Below, in pieces: positions 13,093 through 25,604 of a DNA stretch of 27,521 bases. The stretch's first letter is position 1. Each line of letters opens with the position of its first letter. The notes below the pieces were generated by a model. It saw only the letters and a list, made by a program, of their open reading frames with translations, was not told the origin of the DNA and did not search any database. The stretch is from assembly GCF_000150275.1 (NCBI RefSeq), contig NW_002060992.1, positions 11,655 through 39,175 of the forward strand. The letters are read 5' to 3'. The stretch comes from Trichoplax adhaerens. Its lineage: Eukaryota; Animalia; Placozoa. The translations under genes and the position numbers were made by a program.

Positions 13093-13527
13093 TGTCACAA
13101 CCCTCACTTGTGGCAAAGGAAAGTAAAGAACTCTAGTGTAGTTACTTAAAACTTGGGCTATTTCTCCCAGTACTTTCAGTTTCTATGAGAGAAGTATTTG
13201 AGAGCTCGCTTTCTCGGCTGATCTCCACAGACAACTGACTAATTATTACACTATTCTTCACGATATGAGTCTTGCCGTTTCTTGAGCAATTACTTTCTTT
13301 ATTCTGCAAACACACGCGCTTAAGTAGGTTTCTACAGTGAATCCAGATAGAGAAGACCTGGACCCCCGCGAAAAATAATAACAAAAAGATAATAAAAGGA
13401 AATAAAAAATGAAACACTAAAAATCGGATATATACGCCGCGCGAGCGCAAAGAAATATATATATCGTTTCGACTCTGAAATTTTCTATATATATTTATGC
13501 AATAATGTATCGCGATTATCTTTTTGT
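13093..13527. mobile_element. Foreign insertion starting TGTCAC within exon 3 of paralogue 1 (possible LTR element; far end hidden in gap)
   Basis: Protein homology to paralogues 3/4 stops abruptly at 'tgtcacaaccc' and weakly resumes after the N gap. TGT is a typical LTR start. No TSD or PBS can be verified. Confidence 0.5.
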
Positions 13528-13988
13528 NNNNNNNNNNNNNNNNNNNNNNNNNNNNNNNNNNNNNNNNNNNNNNNNNNNNNNNNNNNNNNNNNNNNNNNNN
13601 NNNNNNNNNNNNNNNNNNNNNNNNNNNNNNNNNNNNNNNNNNNNNNNNNNNNNNNNNNNNNNNNNNNNNNNNNNNNNNNNNNNNNNNNNNNNNNNNNNNN
13701 NNNNNNNNNNNNNNNNNNNNNNNNNNNNNNNNNNNNNNNNNNNNNNNNNNNNNNNNNNNNNNNNNNNNNNNNNNNNNNNNNNNNNNNNNNNNNNNNNNNN
13801 NNNNNNNNNNNNNNNNNNNNNNNNNNNNNNNNNNNNNNNNNNNNNNNNNNNNNNNNNNNNNNNNNNNNNNNNNNNNNNNNNNNNNNNNNNNNNNNNNNNN
13901 NNNNNNNNNNNNNNNNNNNNNNNNNNNNNNNNNNNNNNNNNNNNNNNNNNNNNNNNNNNNNNNNNNNNNNNNNNNNNNNNNNNNNNNN
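13528..13988. other. Assembly gap (461 N)
   Basis: Run of n characters. Confidence 1.
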
Positions 13989-16207
13989 CTGGTAGTAATA
14001 TTTGTCCTCAATCTTTGTTGGATATGTATCTAATCAGCAGTTATGACTATTTCAAATGAAGATGTAAAGATCTTTGAAAGAGTGCTTTGATGCTGGCTTA
14101 GTTAGGTCTCAGATTCCGTCTTTTAAATTTTTACTAGTAGTCCTAATGATCTACATCGATATCGAACTAAAAATATATGATTTTTGAGTTAGATCTAATA
14201 GGCTTCATGATCTTTCTGTTAGGGTTTGATACGCTACATCAGTAAGCCCCAAGTGTTAAATTATTTTATTTCCTAACAAAAGCTACAATCAAATATGATA
14301 ACTACAATAACTAATAATATGCTGTAGATCTTACAAACATTGTAACTACCAAGGTTCAACTACCAAGCGAACCATTATGATACGAGATTAAGATCTGTTG
14401 AGAATTGCAGCTAGTCAGTTTAACTGCCAAACTAACCAATCGATCGTAAGACTTTTTTATTCTTTATTTTTAGCTATTATCGAACGGAGTGATTGGAATA
14501 ATCTCATATCAAAAAAATGTTGCCGAATTGGTTAGTATATCGCTGCTAACAATTTTTTTTAAAATCGGACTAAAAATTCTTTTTAACTATAGCTTGTAGA
14601 GTTTAGCTCTAGTAATGCTTCTCTCTCTCTCAGTGTGTCTCTACTTTGGTGTGTTATGTGAGTTATAGATTGCGCTTTAGTAATACCTCACATTTATATA
14701 ATATTAAAGAGTAAACGTACTAAAGTAAGATGTTATACCATAGTTAATGGAATAACTGAACGTTGTATGTTCTCATATTTTTATCGCAGCACTTAGTAGT
14801 TACATTTGAGTATATTAAGAAATCATGTGATCGTAAATTATCATAAAGTTAATGCTCCACTTGTTAATGGAATAGGATGCCTGGTACAAGGAAATAGCTA
14901 CCATTACATCAGGAGTTTGTATCACTTCCATTCTATTTGTTTTACAAACCCTGACATATATTAACAACAATAAGAAAGATCTTCTGTGGAAAGACAATCA
15001 ATTTGCTATCCTTTATCTTCTCTACACTGCCATTGCTATTATTGGATTGATTGTAGCATTAATTGGAGCAAAAGCATCGCGTTATCCTAGTGATATTTTT
15101 AATCATTCTATAAGATACTCGCCTAGAAGTGATTCTAACAATATTTGCATGCTAGCTAGTGCATTGCTCGCCGGTGGTATTGGGATATCAAGTTTAGGCC
15201 TACTAAACCAGGAAATTTGGGGTTTCTCAACTCTATTTATTGCTGTTACTATATGTTAAAAACTGAATAGAAGTAATTCAGCAGTTGTAGTCTCGACTAA
15301 TATGTTGCTATTTACTCGTATTTGCTATTGATTAGACTTTTACTACTGCAACGATTGGACTTGATAAACTTTATGTGGATAGACAAATCTTGGTCAGCAC
15401 AGCTTAAATGAACTATAGGATATTGAATATCGTTGTTCAACTATATAACAATTGATTATCATAAATTCTAATCCTTTTGGAACTGTTTCAAATAGGATCG
15501 GCCATATTTTGCCTTAAATTTTTGCAACTCTGTACACCATAGGCTTGATACTTTTTACGTATTTGGTTCAACCTTATTCCTATACCAATCTTCATTTGGC
15601 AAGCTTGATAATTCCTGCAATTGTCATCGCATCACATATATTTTCCATGGTTTGATTGCTTATTTTAGTACTAAATCAGCTGTACTTGCGGTACGTAGTC
15701 TAGAAAATGAAATATCAGAAGTAAAAGCTTAAATTAATGAGAGTCGGACGTATCGAAAGCTGGTTGACCTTCACTCCTCTTCAACTAGAAATAGCGAAAT
15801 GTACTTAAATTCTATACATTGCAATGATCATTTTTGCGAAATCAAAATTGTGATTTTTCGGAAGATTGTGGATTCGTCATGATCACAGTAAATTACCAGA
15901 GTTAATTTAGTAGAGGAATAGAGTTTATTGGAATTAGTGCAAAGGAAAAACCGTATGAGATTACAGCGTGTATAACGACGTGACTAGTCGAATAGCTATA
16001 GTAATGTAGCATAGGTAAAGCGTGCAAGCTTACCGTGTAACTAGCAGAACTAACTAACGAGATAGGTGAAAGAAGATAGCTTTTATAATGTATAAAGCAC
16101 AGCAGGAGGAAATCATAAATGACTAATAAGAATATGTTACTTCTATGTTAAGACAGGGCTACGATATAATTCAGCTAGATTCAAAGCGATTTCCACAGAG
16201 TATTTTG

Positions 16208-16307
16208 TTAAATATAAATTATACATATTTAGAGTTATGCTACAATCTAGTGGAAATTGACTTTTACTAAAAATAGACTATACCGTATTTAGAAGTAAAC
16301 ACTACAA
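16208..16307 (+). repeat. Dispersed repeat fragment (second copy of 8549-8648)
   Basis: Ungapped similarity to 8549-8648. Confidence 0.8.
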
Positions 16308-17389
16308 AAATAATTAATGGCAAGCTCGCTATGCTAATAAAAAGTACCCACGTAAATATTTAGAATATACCTTAACTCCGTAAATATCATTTATAGATTT
16401 AATTTTAGTAAATATGAAACATAATTTAGATTCTGCATTCTAACTATCTGACTATTAATTAAGGCTAGATTCATATTAGATGTAAAACGATCTAAGTATA
16501 GTATTAATGGCTAATTTTATTTTTACTATAATACGAAGCCAACGAACGGTTACTAGAGATTTGTAGTGATGCAAAAATCTGCTCGTCTTAAGATAAATCG
16601 GCCGTTTACATGTCATATACATTGCTATATACTGTGCTGGTAAATGAAATTAGTCGACAAATGCTATATGATTGACATAAAAAACACAGAAATGATGTTA
16701 CTATGCAATAAAGAAATGTAAATTTGGATAGAACTTTTTTCATTATTAACTTTTTTTCATGATAAGAATTGATATAAAACTGCTTTATTACCAATATACT
16801 GTACTGTATTTGCAAAAATCTCGTATTTTAACTAGATATAATTATCCAGTTTGTCTTAGTTGGGGATCAAATTAAGGTCCGTACAATTTTCCAATAGAGT
16901 ATTTACTATAGAATACAGTCTCGATTTAATATTTTTTTATGAATTTGTAAATAGATAAAAAGTATTACGCCTCTTTATTTGGATTATGATAGCCATTTTA
17001 AATGTGTCCAGAATATCATGTACGAATTTCGTCTGTTATTGCTATGAGATTGGATTAAAGTATGCCGAATTAGAAAATGTTACAAATTCAATGGGAGCAA
17101 AGTATGATAGATCTTACATTGGTATCAAAAATCCGATGTCAGTCTATAATATAATATAATTAATAAATTTATTTTCCAAATTTCCAATGCAATTCCATCC
17201 TCAATGTTTATACTATAATCGTGGACTACTACCCGCCAAGTAATCAGACCTGCATAAATCATTTACTTTATTTGCTCTCATCGGTTACTACCTGGATCTA
17301 CAAAATCTTCTTGAAAGAACATACCACTACTACTAAAATATTTCAGAACCACCTAACCTCTTCAAAAAGATTTATTATGAATAGATATA

Positions 17390-18092
17390 CCGTAAAATCT
17401 GCTCGTTTTCTGTTTTTTTTTTATCGGACGCACTATCCTATGGCTCCATTTTTCATTTCTATATCATCTACTACAGTTGCCTTAATTGCTGTTGGAATCA
17501 TCTCTATCTACATTGCTAACAAGGAATTTCAGCGAATCCATTCGAGTGATAATAATTATATTCTCTTTCAAACTCCTTTCAGTAGGGTTACTGTACTGTA
17601 TCTTGGGTGATGATATTTATAAGTCTTACCCTTTCTGGAATATCTACTGCAATATATTTCATACATTGGCCTTTTTACCATCTCGTCGTAGCTAATTTTC
17701 ATGCAGCTATGGTAAATAAAAGATGATAAACATTTTTTAACAGTGTTGGAAATTAACAGTTTTTAAATTTATGTTTAATCAAATTTCATTGTGTTATAAA
17801 TTGCTACTTAAAGTCATTATTTACTGTATTTTAAATATTCAGCTCTTTGCTACTGGAATTCTTAGTATGGTTGCCCATAAAAAGCAAGCTGCTAGATTAG
17901 TAAGCCTAACTACATTATAATCTATCCCTTTTAAAGTAATATCGTGTTATTTCACTATTTTAGCACTAACGGCCAATTCATAAAATTTAGAACGCGTGGC
18001 TAAAGACTTTTACTACTTTTACTAACGGAATAGGTATCGCTTTTACGTTTGCTACCGTTCAACTCCTTGCCCGCTATGCAACCCAAATGTAT
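17390..18092 (+). pseudogene. Paralogue 2, truncated and frameshifted pseudogene of the same membrane protein family
   Basis: Partial E3 ~17390-17711 (SARFL...ISIYIANKEFQRIHSSDNNYILFQTPF, frameshift near 17590-17605, then WVMIFISLTLSG...HLVVANFHAAM|gtaaat). E4 17843-17899 (LFATGILSMVAHKKQAARL|gtaagc). E5 from 17991 (NAWLKTFTTFTNGIG...VQLLARYATQ), with homology lost at 18093. No recognisable E1, E2, E6 or E7. Confidence 0.85.
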
Positions 18093-18341
18093 TGTGACAT
18101 AGACAAGAATTGGAATAAGGAAGTAGCCTACTATTACCAAAGTAAGGCCCAAAATATAGCATCTTTTGCAATTTAGACTAAATCTAGATTGAAAAATTTG
18201 CTTTAGTTACTTGATCATACAACTACGGGAACTGTTAATAATATTTTTACCTTATTGTACAGTATTTGGTATTATTCGTCTAAAGTTAACAATAATACAA
18301 TAATAGTCATTCCATCAATAAGAGTTGAGCTGTCAGTTACA
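18093..18341. mobile_element. Possible LTR-like remnant (TGTGAC...GTTACA) at the truncation point of paralogue 2
   Basis: Exon 5 homology ends exactly at TGTGAC; candidate GTTACA end at 18336-18341. No matching TSD, so the right end is uncertain. Confidence 0.3.
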
Positions 18342-20522
18342 TTACCCTGATTATATATGAGCTAAGTCAATTTTTCATCAGCCAAATATAGGTCAATACT
18401 AGTGGTAGCTATATTATTCATTCAATAATAACAATAAATACCATAACCTGATGAGCCGTTAGCAGACTGCCGAGTAAGACAGCATTCATTTATTTTTGTA
18501 TGAAATTACTTGTGTATATCTAAATGTCTAATTATCACGGCGATATTTAAAGTCATAAATATTTAATGATTAATGCAAGGCAGTTAGATTATGATATATC
18601 CTTTCACAATCATCAAGATACAATATACAATCTAATGTGAAATAATCACAATCATATATTACGGCATAAGATGTACAAAGTATGAACTATCTCGTAATCT
18701 AAATAAAGTTATGTCATTAAATATTACTAATTACCGTGAGATAGAATCGTGACGATAGGTTATAAAATATAATCGAGAATCAGATAAAGCTTGAAGTAAA
18801 GATGTATCGTAAGTACATATAAGATCCGGCAGTAAATTTATTTTAGACACCTAATTAAGGAATTAGTGTTTTACTTGTTTGTAGTAGCTAATTATTTATT
18901 TGATAAAACATAAGATAAATTTTTGACTAATTAACTATCGATTACATCAAGAGTTTAACCATCATACTATAATCGCAATATTGGTTAATAGCGCTTGTGC
19001 TGCAGTACTGGTCTTACTCTAATTTGCTACAGATACCAATTGCAGCTCCTCTGCTTTTACTTTTAATCAGTATACGAGAATGGTGTATCAAATATTAATC
19101 ATCTGGTTATTTTTATAATTCTCCATGCCATGTATTCAATCCTCTATTTGCTTATTTGCAAACATTAGCTGCAGTTTCTCCCTTTCTGTGGCTTAAATCC
19201 AGGGTTAAAACTCAGATACAATATTTTGAACTATCGGTGATTCTATCTGACTCAGCATCATGTATAGGAGTATAAAGCAGTAAATCTTTTAAAGCTTGCA
19301 TGCGCATGATGCTCAGCCATAATTCAAAGGTTTAAGAACCTTTTCGTAACTTTTTTAATTATCATGTATAGTTTTAGCTAATTTGATTATATCTTTCTAA
19401 ATTAGCAATCTGACATCACTCTTACTCCAGGCTTTGTTTTAAAGCTGTCTTAGGGCAAAGTTTGACCTCATTGCTCAATTCTTTGTAAAGTAGGCAGTAA
19501 ATAGGATAAAAACGTCTTATTTCGGTTAACGTAAACACTACGTGATATTTGCTTATTAGCTAGAAATATATATATATAATGCTTACTATTTAAATTGAAC
19601 CTCTTATTTTCTATACAATAAGCTATTGTTTATTATATTGGTATATTGAGGTGCATTAATTTAAACATAGCTTTATAATAATTCTAAATTTAAACCTCGC
19701 TATGATCCCGTTGAAGCAGCTTATAGTATATTCTCTGGTAATGTTGCCATTTATATGATTTGAACTTGAACAGAAATTGATTTATGCTGACATCATTCAT
19801 TTCAATCCATAATGGGCCGACATCTTTATTGATCTCATGTTCTATTGTATCTAACTGGTATAATCAATTCCTTATATGGTTATAGTTTTGAACTATATTG
19901 GCGACTAAAACAAAGGCCTTACACAAACCTAGGGCTTATTGCAATGGTTTTATTTCTGGAAAGCATTTTGGTTTATAATTTAGCTAGACTAACTCATAAT
20001 ACATTTAATTATTTTTAGAATGAGTTCAAATGCACGATCAAGGATTACGAAGTCAAATTCAATCTTCTACGTAGCTAGCTGATCAAAATAATTATTGATT
20101 TCTGTGATATCCCATCAGACTTACAAACTCGGACAAATCGGCTTTCATTCCTGTAGATACATTTCTCCAGGGATGGAGGAAGCTATTGGAGGTTCATTAT
20201 CTATTGTAGTATAACTTCTACTGTATTTTATAATCAAAATTAGCTAGAAGTTTCTATCTTGATTAAAACACGCATATTATACTGACTAAATTTATCACTT
20301 AAATTACGACCTAATTCGTATATTTTGTAACAAAATTATGCTATAGAATATTCTTAACTTCAAACCCGAATACTGGCTTCGGGTTTGTTATATACTACGA
20401 TATTAAGTAAAATTTACAGCAGTTAAAACCAAACTACATGATTTCTTAAAACTACAATACTTATTAAAATGCTAAAGCTCGAAGAAGAATTATAAAAATT
20501 GATTTATATTTTAAATTTTCAG

Positions 20523-22385
20523 ACTCTTACACTTGCTACAACTTTGCTAAAAGTCAACGATTTTAAGACAACATCTATAGCTCAGGTATTTTCCATATTG
20601 CCTACATCAATTCTATGATTCTTTGAAAGTGTTTACATATTCCGTAAACCTTCTAATCATGTTTGATTTTATTAGATTTAAGCCAAATAACTTAATCTCT
20701 ATTACGTTATCGTGTAGGCTTCTGGTCTTACTGCTATAGCTGTGATTCTTTCTGCTACGTCGCCGATAATACTAGCCCGATTAGTATTGACCTTTTTCAC
20801 AAGCAACATTACGGATCAGTTGGCATTTAGAGTAGCCGCTGCGTTCGGCACTACTGGCATTGTTGTCGCAACAGTTATCTCTTTCTATATAGCTGTTAAA
20901 CAAGCTCGTCGTGTTCATTCTAGCGATAAGGAATATTCGATTCTTCAAACTTCATTCAATAAAAAAGCACTTATCTGCATAATGATAATAATCGGCCTGT
21001 TCATTTTTGGACTATCCGTTCCTTCACTTTTTGAAAATTGGGAACTATTTCATGTAGTCACAACCAACTTTCATGCTGCTATGGTGAGTTAAGCTTATGA
21101 TTTTATTAGTCGATCATTTTCGTTTTCAAACTAGTTATTTTCTTGCTTTTTCAGCAGTCTAAATAGCCTAAATTGCATCGTTAGCAGTTATAGTAGAATT
21201 CATATCATTTGCCTTAACCAATATAAAGGTTCTATGCGTTATTTTATACGCGTATGAAATTGTAGCTATTCAGTACCGGAATTCTTGGTCTTATTTCTCA
21301 TAAAAAGCAATCTGTCGATCTAGTAAGCATATATTTACTGTTATCCAAAATCGTTATGACATAATAGCCTACTTCATTGCTATTTTAGCATTACTGATTT
21401 ATTCTTTAATTAGAATATCTGGACTAGAACACTCGCTGACTTTACTACCGGAATTAGTGTTGCATCTACTATTTCTATAGTCCAACTTCTTGTCAGTTAT
21501 GCCAGCCAATCGAATTATACAAAGTGGCAAATAAGACCAGATTTTACAATTTTAATTCTTTGCCTAGCTCTATTTAACTTCATTGGATTCATGCTATCCT
21601 TTACTGCTAGCGCGGCTACGGATGACATCTTGCATAAAGTGCCACAGCCTTCAAAATCATCGAATACTGATACTGTTAATGTCGGTATGTTAGTCTCCGC
21701 AGTACTAGCAGGCGCAGTTGGCATCTTTAATATGGCTATTATGAATTATCCTACTTATGGATTTCCGGCTTTAGTCGTTTCTACCATGGTAGGTCGCTAG
21801 TATTAAAATGATAACTATAATCGATAATTTAACACGGAAGGACAGTATAATAAATTGATTACTTTAATTAATTCTGTATTAGCTTATCTGTAGCCTACCA
21901 AACTGGCTTTTAATGCTGTAAATGCAGGCTTATATAACGTCTAGACGCGGAACTGATATACAAACTACTAATAACGAGCTATTGGTAAGTCGAAATTACT
22001 TATAAATAGCGCTATTAGTACAGTATAGTTCGTCGGCAACGTGACGGATTGTAGGACTACTATCGATTAAATGACTAGAATAGATAAAATAAATTGTCTT
22101 ACTGGATGCTATTCTACTGTTGGAATATAGAGATTTCCATACCATATTTTCTACGTTTTCAATAGCTTTGGTAGCGTATGGGCAATTGGCATGACTATTT
22201 ATGCATTCGTAGCTGATAAGCCGTCACAAACTAGCCTTCTCGTCGTCATTCCTGCCTTTATTTACCCTTTTACTACTATCGCTATACTCAGTTTACTACC
22301 AGTTGCTTATTTTAGTGTTCGAGCAGCTTTCTGTAATAAAAAAGACACATGTAATGAAGACGATGCAAGCACTATCATTGCATAA
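20523..22385 (+). CDS. Paralogue 3: multipass membrane protein (putative triple MS4A/CD20-like), exons 2-7 intact, first exon unresolved
   Basis: GT-AG phase-0 exons forming one open frame: 20523-20585, 20718-21083, 21266-21322, 21414-21788, 21928-21984, 22131-22385 (stop TAA). Exon sizes 63/366/57/375/57/255; the first five match paralogue 4 (63/366/57/372/57). Mostly hydrophobic helices. Confidence 0.88.
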
Positions 22386-25300
22386 TATGATATCGATGTA
22401 TTCCAAAAGTGTTTAACCTATGCTAGATAGAACAATAACTATTTCTTACCGGTAGTTTGATGCTAAAATTCTTTCTTCGCTAGGCATTACAAGTAATCTC
22501 TATAGGTGTTGAGAAAAATTTTTAAATTTAGATTTTAAACCCTCTCCCTCTACTGTTTTAGTAAAATTTAGCCAAATAACACTTTCGGTAACAATCAACT
22601 GATTACGGTACTTAGTCTTTCTCTAGCATAAGATTTCCTTGCTTGCGCATTACTATATTAATAAAACTTCTTACCGCTTAATACCTTATTTTTTTCTCTT
22701 TCTCTCTCAAAAATACTTGCTCGTGATAAACTGTCATTATAAAGATTCTTAAAATAATAAAGCAATACTATAGTTTCTTGTAAACTTTACTTTATTATAT
22801 TAACTAGGTTCATTTTATAAGTACTGTACAAAGAAAAAGTTAGCCACAATAACTTGGCAATTAAGTCGCAAGATCAGATAAAAATTTATCTTCATTATCT
22901 AAATATAGTTCGCCCTTCTAGTTCAATTATCACGATACAAATATCAGCAATCACGTACTTAGTGCTATCTATTCAAGCTTTGGAATTTTAATATAAACAT
23001 TCAATAGAATTACTAAAATATATACTAAAATCACCTTCTACTACTTGAGGTTGTAAAAGTACTGACTAATCAAAGTATATATAGCTACAAGTAGAGAACG
23101 TAAACAATATCAAAAGAAATTCGCATTTAAAATAACCATACGGGTGATAATTCGAAAATATACGCATAATTGCTACTGAATCTAAATTAAATATTACGAT
23201 GTTGTTAAGCCAGATATTTTTAAAGTAAGCAATCTTTTCTAAAATCATTTTGCATTCTAATTAAAGGTTTACCATTATTTTTTATCGTTCCTATATTTAT
23301 GAAACATTTCTGTCAGTCTGTTGCGCTTAACAATTCCACGAATGTTAGTTATGCTTATCGACTTTCATTTAGCGCGATCAAATTTTTAAAATTGAACTAT
23401 CATATAAGATTCTAGGTTTACTTCGCAACCCGATTGACTCGATATGATTGAACATGGTCTTCTTTCAGCAGTTCATAAATTTAGTCGTCAATGTAGCCCG
23501 GTTATAAAGAAAATGGCATTATACGAAACTGCCCAACTTTGATTCTGTAACATACGACAGTGGTTATTGTCTTGAATTAGTCTGATGAATGGTCGATTCA
23601 TTTAAAATATCACAACAGGATTAAAAGTAGATATTAATCAGACTCTTTTACGTTTTCTTAATAAGTTGTTGATCGGTTGTTTCCCTAATTTTATTTTCAG
23701 TCACAGATATATGTTAAGTCGACCAGAGTGCAAATAAAGTAGAATCAAAGTTTGTTAGAATTTTTGTAGCTTGGTTTCTACACATTTCTTTTTGTTACAA
23801 TTGCTTTGGTTTGACTTTCAGTCAAGCTATGATATATAAAAGGCACTAGTTTTGAACCATTTTCCATGTCGTCATTATTATACTTGAGAGATGGCACTAA
23901 TTATTGGGTACTAATGCCAATTAGATTAATAGAAAATTACGATCAAATACCCTTTACATGAAATGCTAACAACTTTACATCTATAATATCGTCACTAATA
24001 GTAGTTGCTTGAGGTAAAGATGTAGCTTTTACATAAAAGTAATGTTTATCTTTCTAATCCCAAACGATTCGGAGTAAAACAGTTTATTACTAGATTCTCG
24101 TTCATGAAAGTCTTCAACTGCAGACTATAATTTCTAGTACGAAAAAGACAAACTCTATTGCGTTACCTTAATTACTTAAATCTTTAGCATGCTTACAACC
24201 CGAAGACCATAAACAGAAATTACCTAACCACATCTGTTAACTTCTAGACTCAGTGTAAGAACGAAATTCTACGATTACTATAGTTTCTTACGGAACTTAA
24301 ACTAGAAGATCTTTTACACTAACAACATAACTATACTTACATTTGTTATTACTAGCTGCATAACGTTGACAACAGTATCACAACCTATCTCAATAGCACA
24401 AAATCATTACAACCATGTTGATAACGTACCGTATGAAATTGATACAATTTCTTTAACAGCTACTCAGCAATACCCGATGTTAGATATTCTAAATAAGTGC
24501 CGACATGATCTCATCTAAACTATCTGTAGCCTAAACAATTGCCATTTCAGTTATACTATATCAATTTTAGCAGGTAGTAATTTAATAATAGTTTCTCCAT
24601 ATGATTCTAAATTTAAGCAATGAATTGACCTCGTCTGTGATGTGATTTTCGGTATGCATGGTCTATGACTATCTGATCTTCTTTCGGACTGTTTTGAACG
24701 CTATTAAGAATTAATTTATTCTAATATCATCGCATTCAAATTATAAACAATAGACTGTTGTCTTCTGTTGATTCTTACCTTCTACTGTAAATAATCGAAA
24801 CATAATTCAAATTCCATATATGGTTAAATAGGTAGCCACATCAACGGATAAAAATAGAAGACATAGAAATATACTAGAAATTCCTACTATATTTTATTAT
24901 TACCAATATTTCTATTTATATTTTTATACACTAGAGGATGATCCAATCAATATTTTATAATATCGCCTTATGGATGTACTATCAAGAAATAACACGCTTA
25001 TCTTGATCCCCTACATCACTACAAGATCAAGTTAATTGTTGCTTTTCTTCATAGAAGAGATTAAAAGTAGCGTTCTAGTAGATGCAACAATAACTAAGAC
25101 TAGCAACAATATTTACTGGCAGCTAGAGTAAACTTAATATAAATTCATACTGTTCTTTAGTTTAAGGACCGAGTTTGAAAACATTACGTAATGTTAATAA
25201 ATATTCAGTATCATTTGTTACAGTAGCTCTATAGTCTAGTCAGAGTTCAAGCTATGATCAAAGTTCAATAGCATAGCTGATGAGTAGTTAATTATTTTTC

Positions 25301-25604
25301 GCTTATTGACGCATTATATCTTATATAAGAGGAACTGTTAACGGCAATTCAACAATAGAAACCGTTTTGGAATTTCACAAACCTTATTTCACAAACCTTA
25401 TTTCAGTTAAATTGGCCTTCTGTCTTCAACGAGTTTACATCCTAAAAAGAAAAAACTTGGCTGTTATTCTCTGTAATATCTTAACTTTGATGATCTATAT
25501 TATTAGTCGAAAACTATCTTGGATCGTTTAAATTACTTTTAACTTTATCTAAGAAATACACGTAAACTATTTTCTAGTTTGAATTGGAATAGAAAAATCT
25601 CAAG

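Larger units (their letters stand above)
12005..15732 (+). pseudogene. Paralogue 1 of the multipass (triple MS4A/CD20-like) membrane protein family, pseudogene
   Basis: Exons by homology to paralogue 4. E1 12005-12158 (MRSGKIYSYLLIA..+1 frameshift..LIDPSLMGFF|gtaagt vs MIDLGLMGLL). E2 12871-12933 (ALANSLFVVKLSQFSSTSPSQ). E3 starts 13039 (ASGIVTFGVICIVSCPTY), is interrupted at 13093, with a decayed remainder at ~13989-14240. E4 14474-14530 (LLSNGVIGIISYQKNVAEL). E5 14876-15250 (expected donor reads atatgt). E6 15336-15392. E7 15496-15732 with two frameshifts. Confidence 0.85.

Noticed and set aside
13142-14059. ORFs 13142-14011(-), 13505-14059(+), 13524-14033(+)
   Set aside because: Artefacts of translating through the 461-N gap.
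17221-17695. ORFs 17221-17610 and 17486-17695 as independent genes
   Set aside because: The first is partly the frameshifted exon 3 of pseudogene 2; the second is an off-frame overlap.
18950-19280. Hydrophobic fragments with NPLFAY, suggestive of a GPCR TM7 or another paralogue remnant
   Set aside because: Multiple stops and frame changes, non-canonical motif spacing and no convincing alignment to the cluster proteins.
21515-21724. Minus-strand ORFs 21515-21724 and 14815-14997
   Set aside because: Antisense shadows of exon 5 in paralogues 3 and 1.
23066-23248. Minus ORFs 23066-23248 and 16606-16815
   Set aside because: Short, compositionally typical of random AT-rich DNA, no motifs.
25372-25405. 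14-bp tandem duplication tttcacaaacctta
   Set aside because: Ordinary slippage duplication with no evidence of function.
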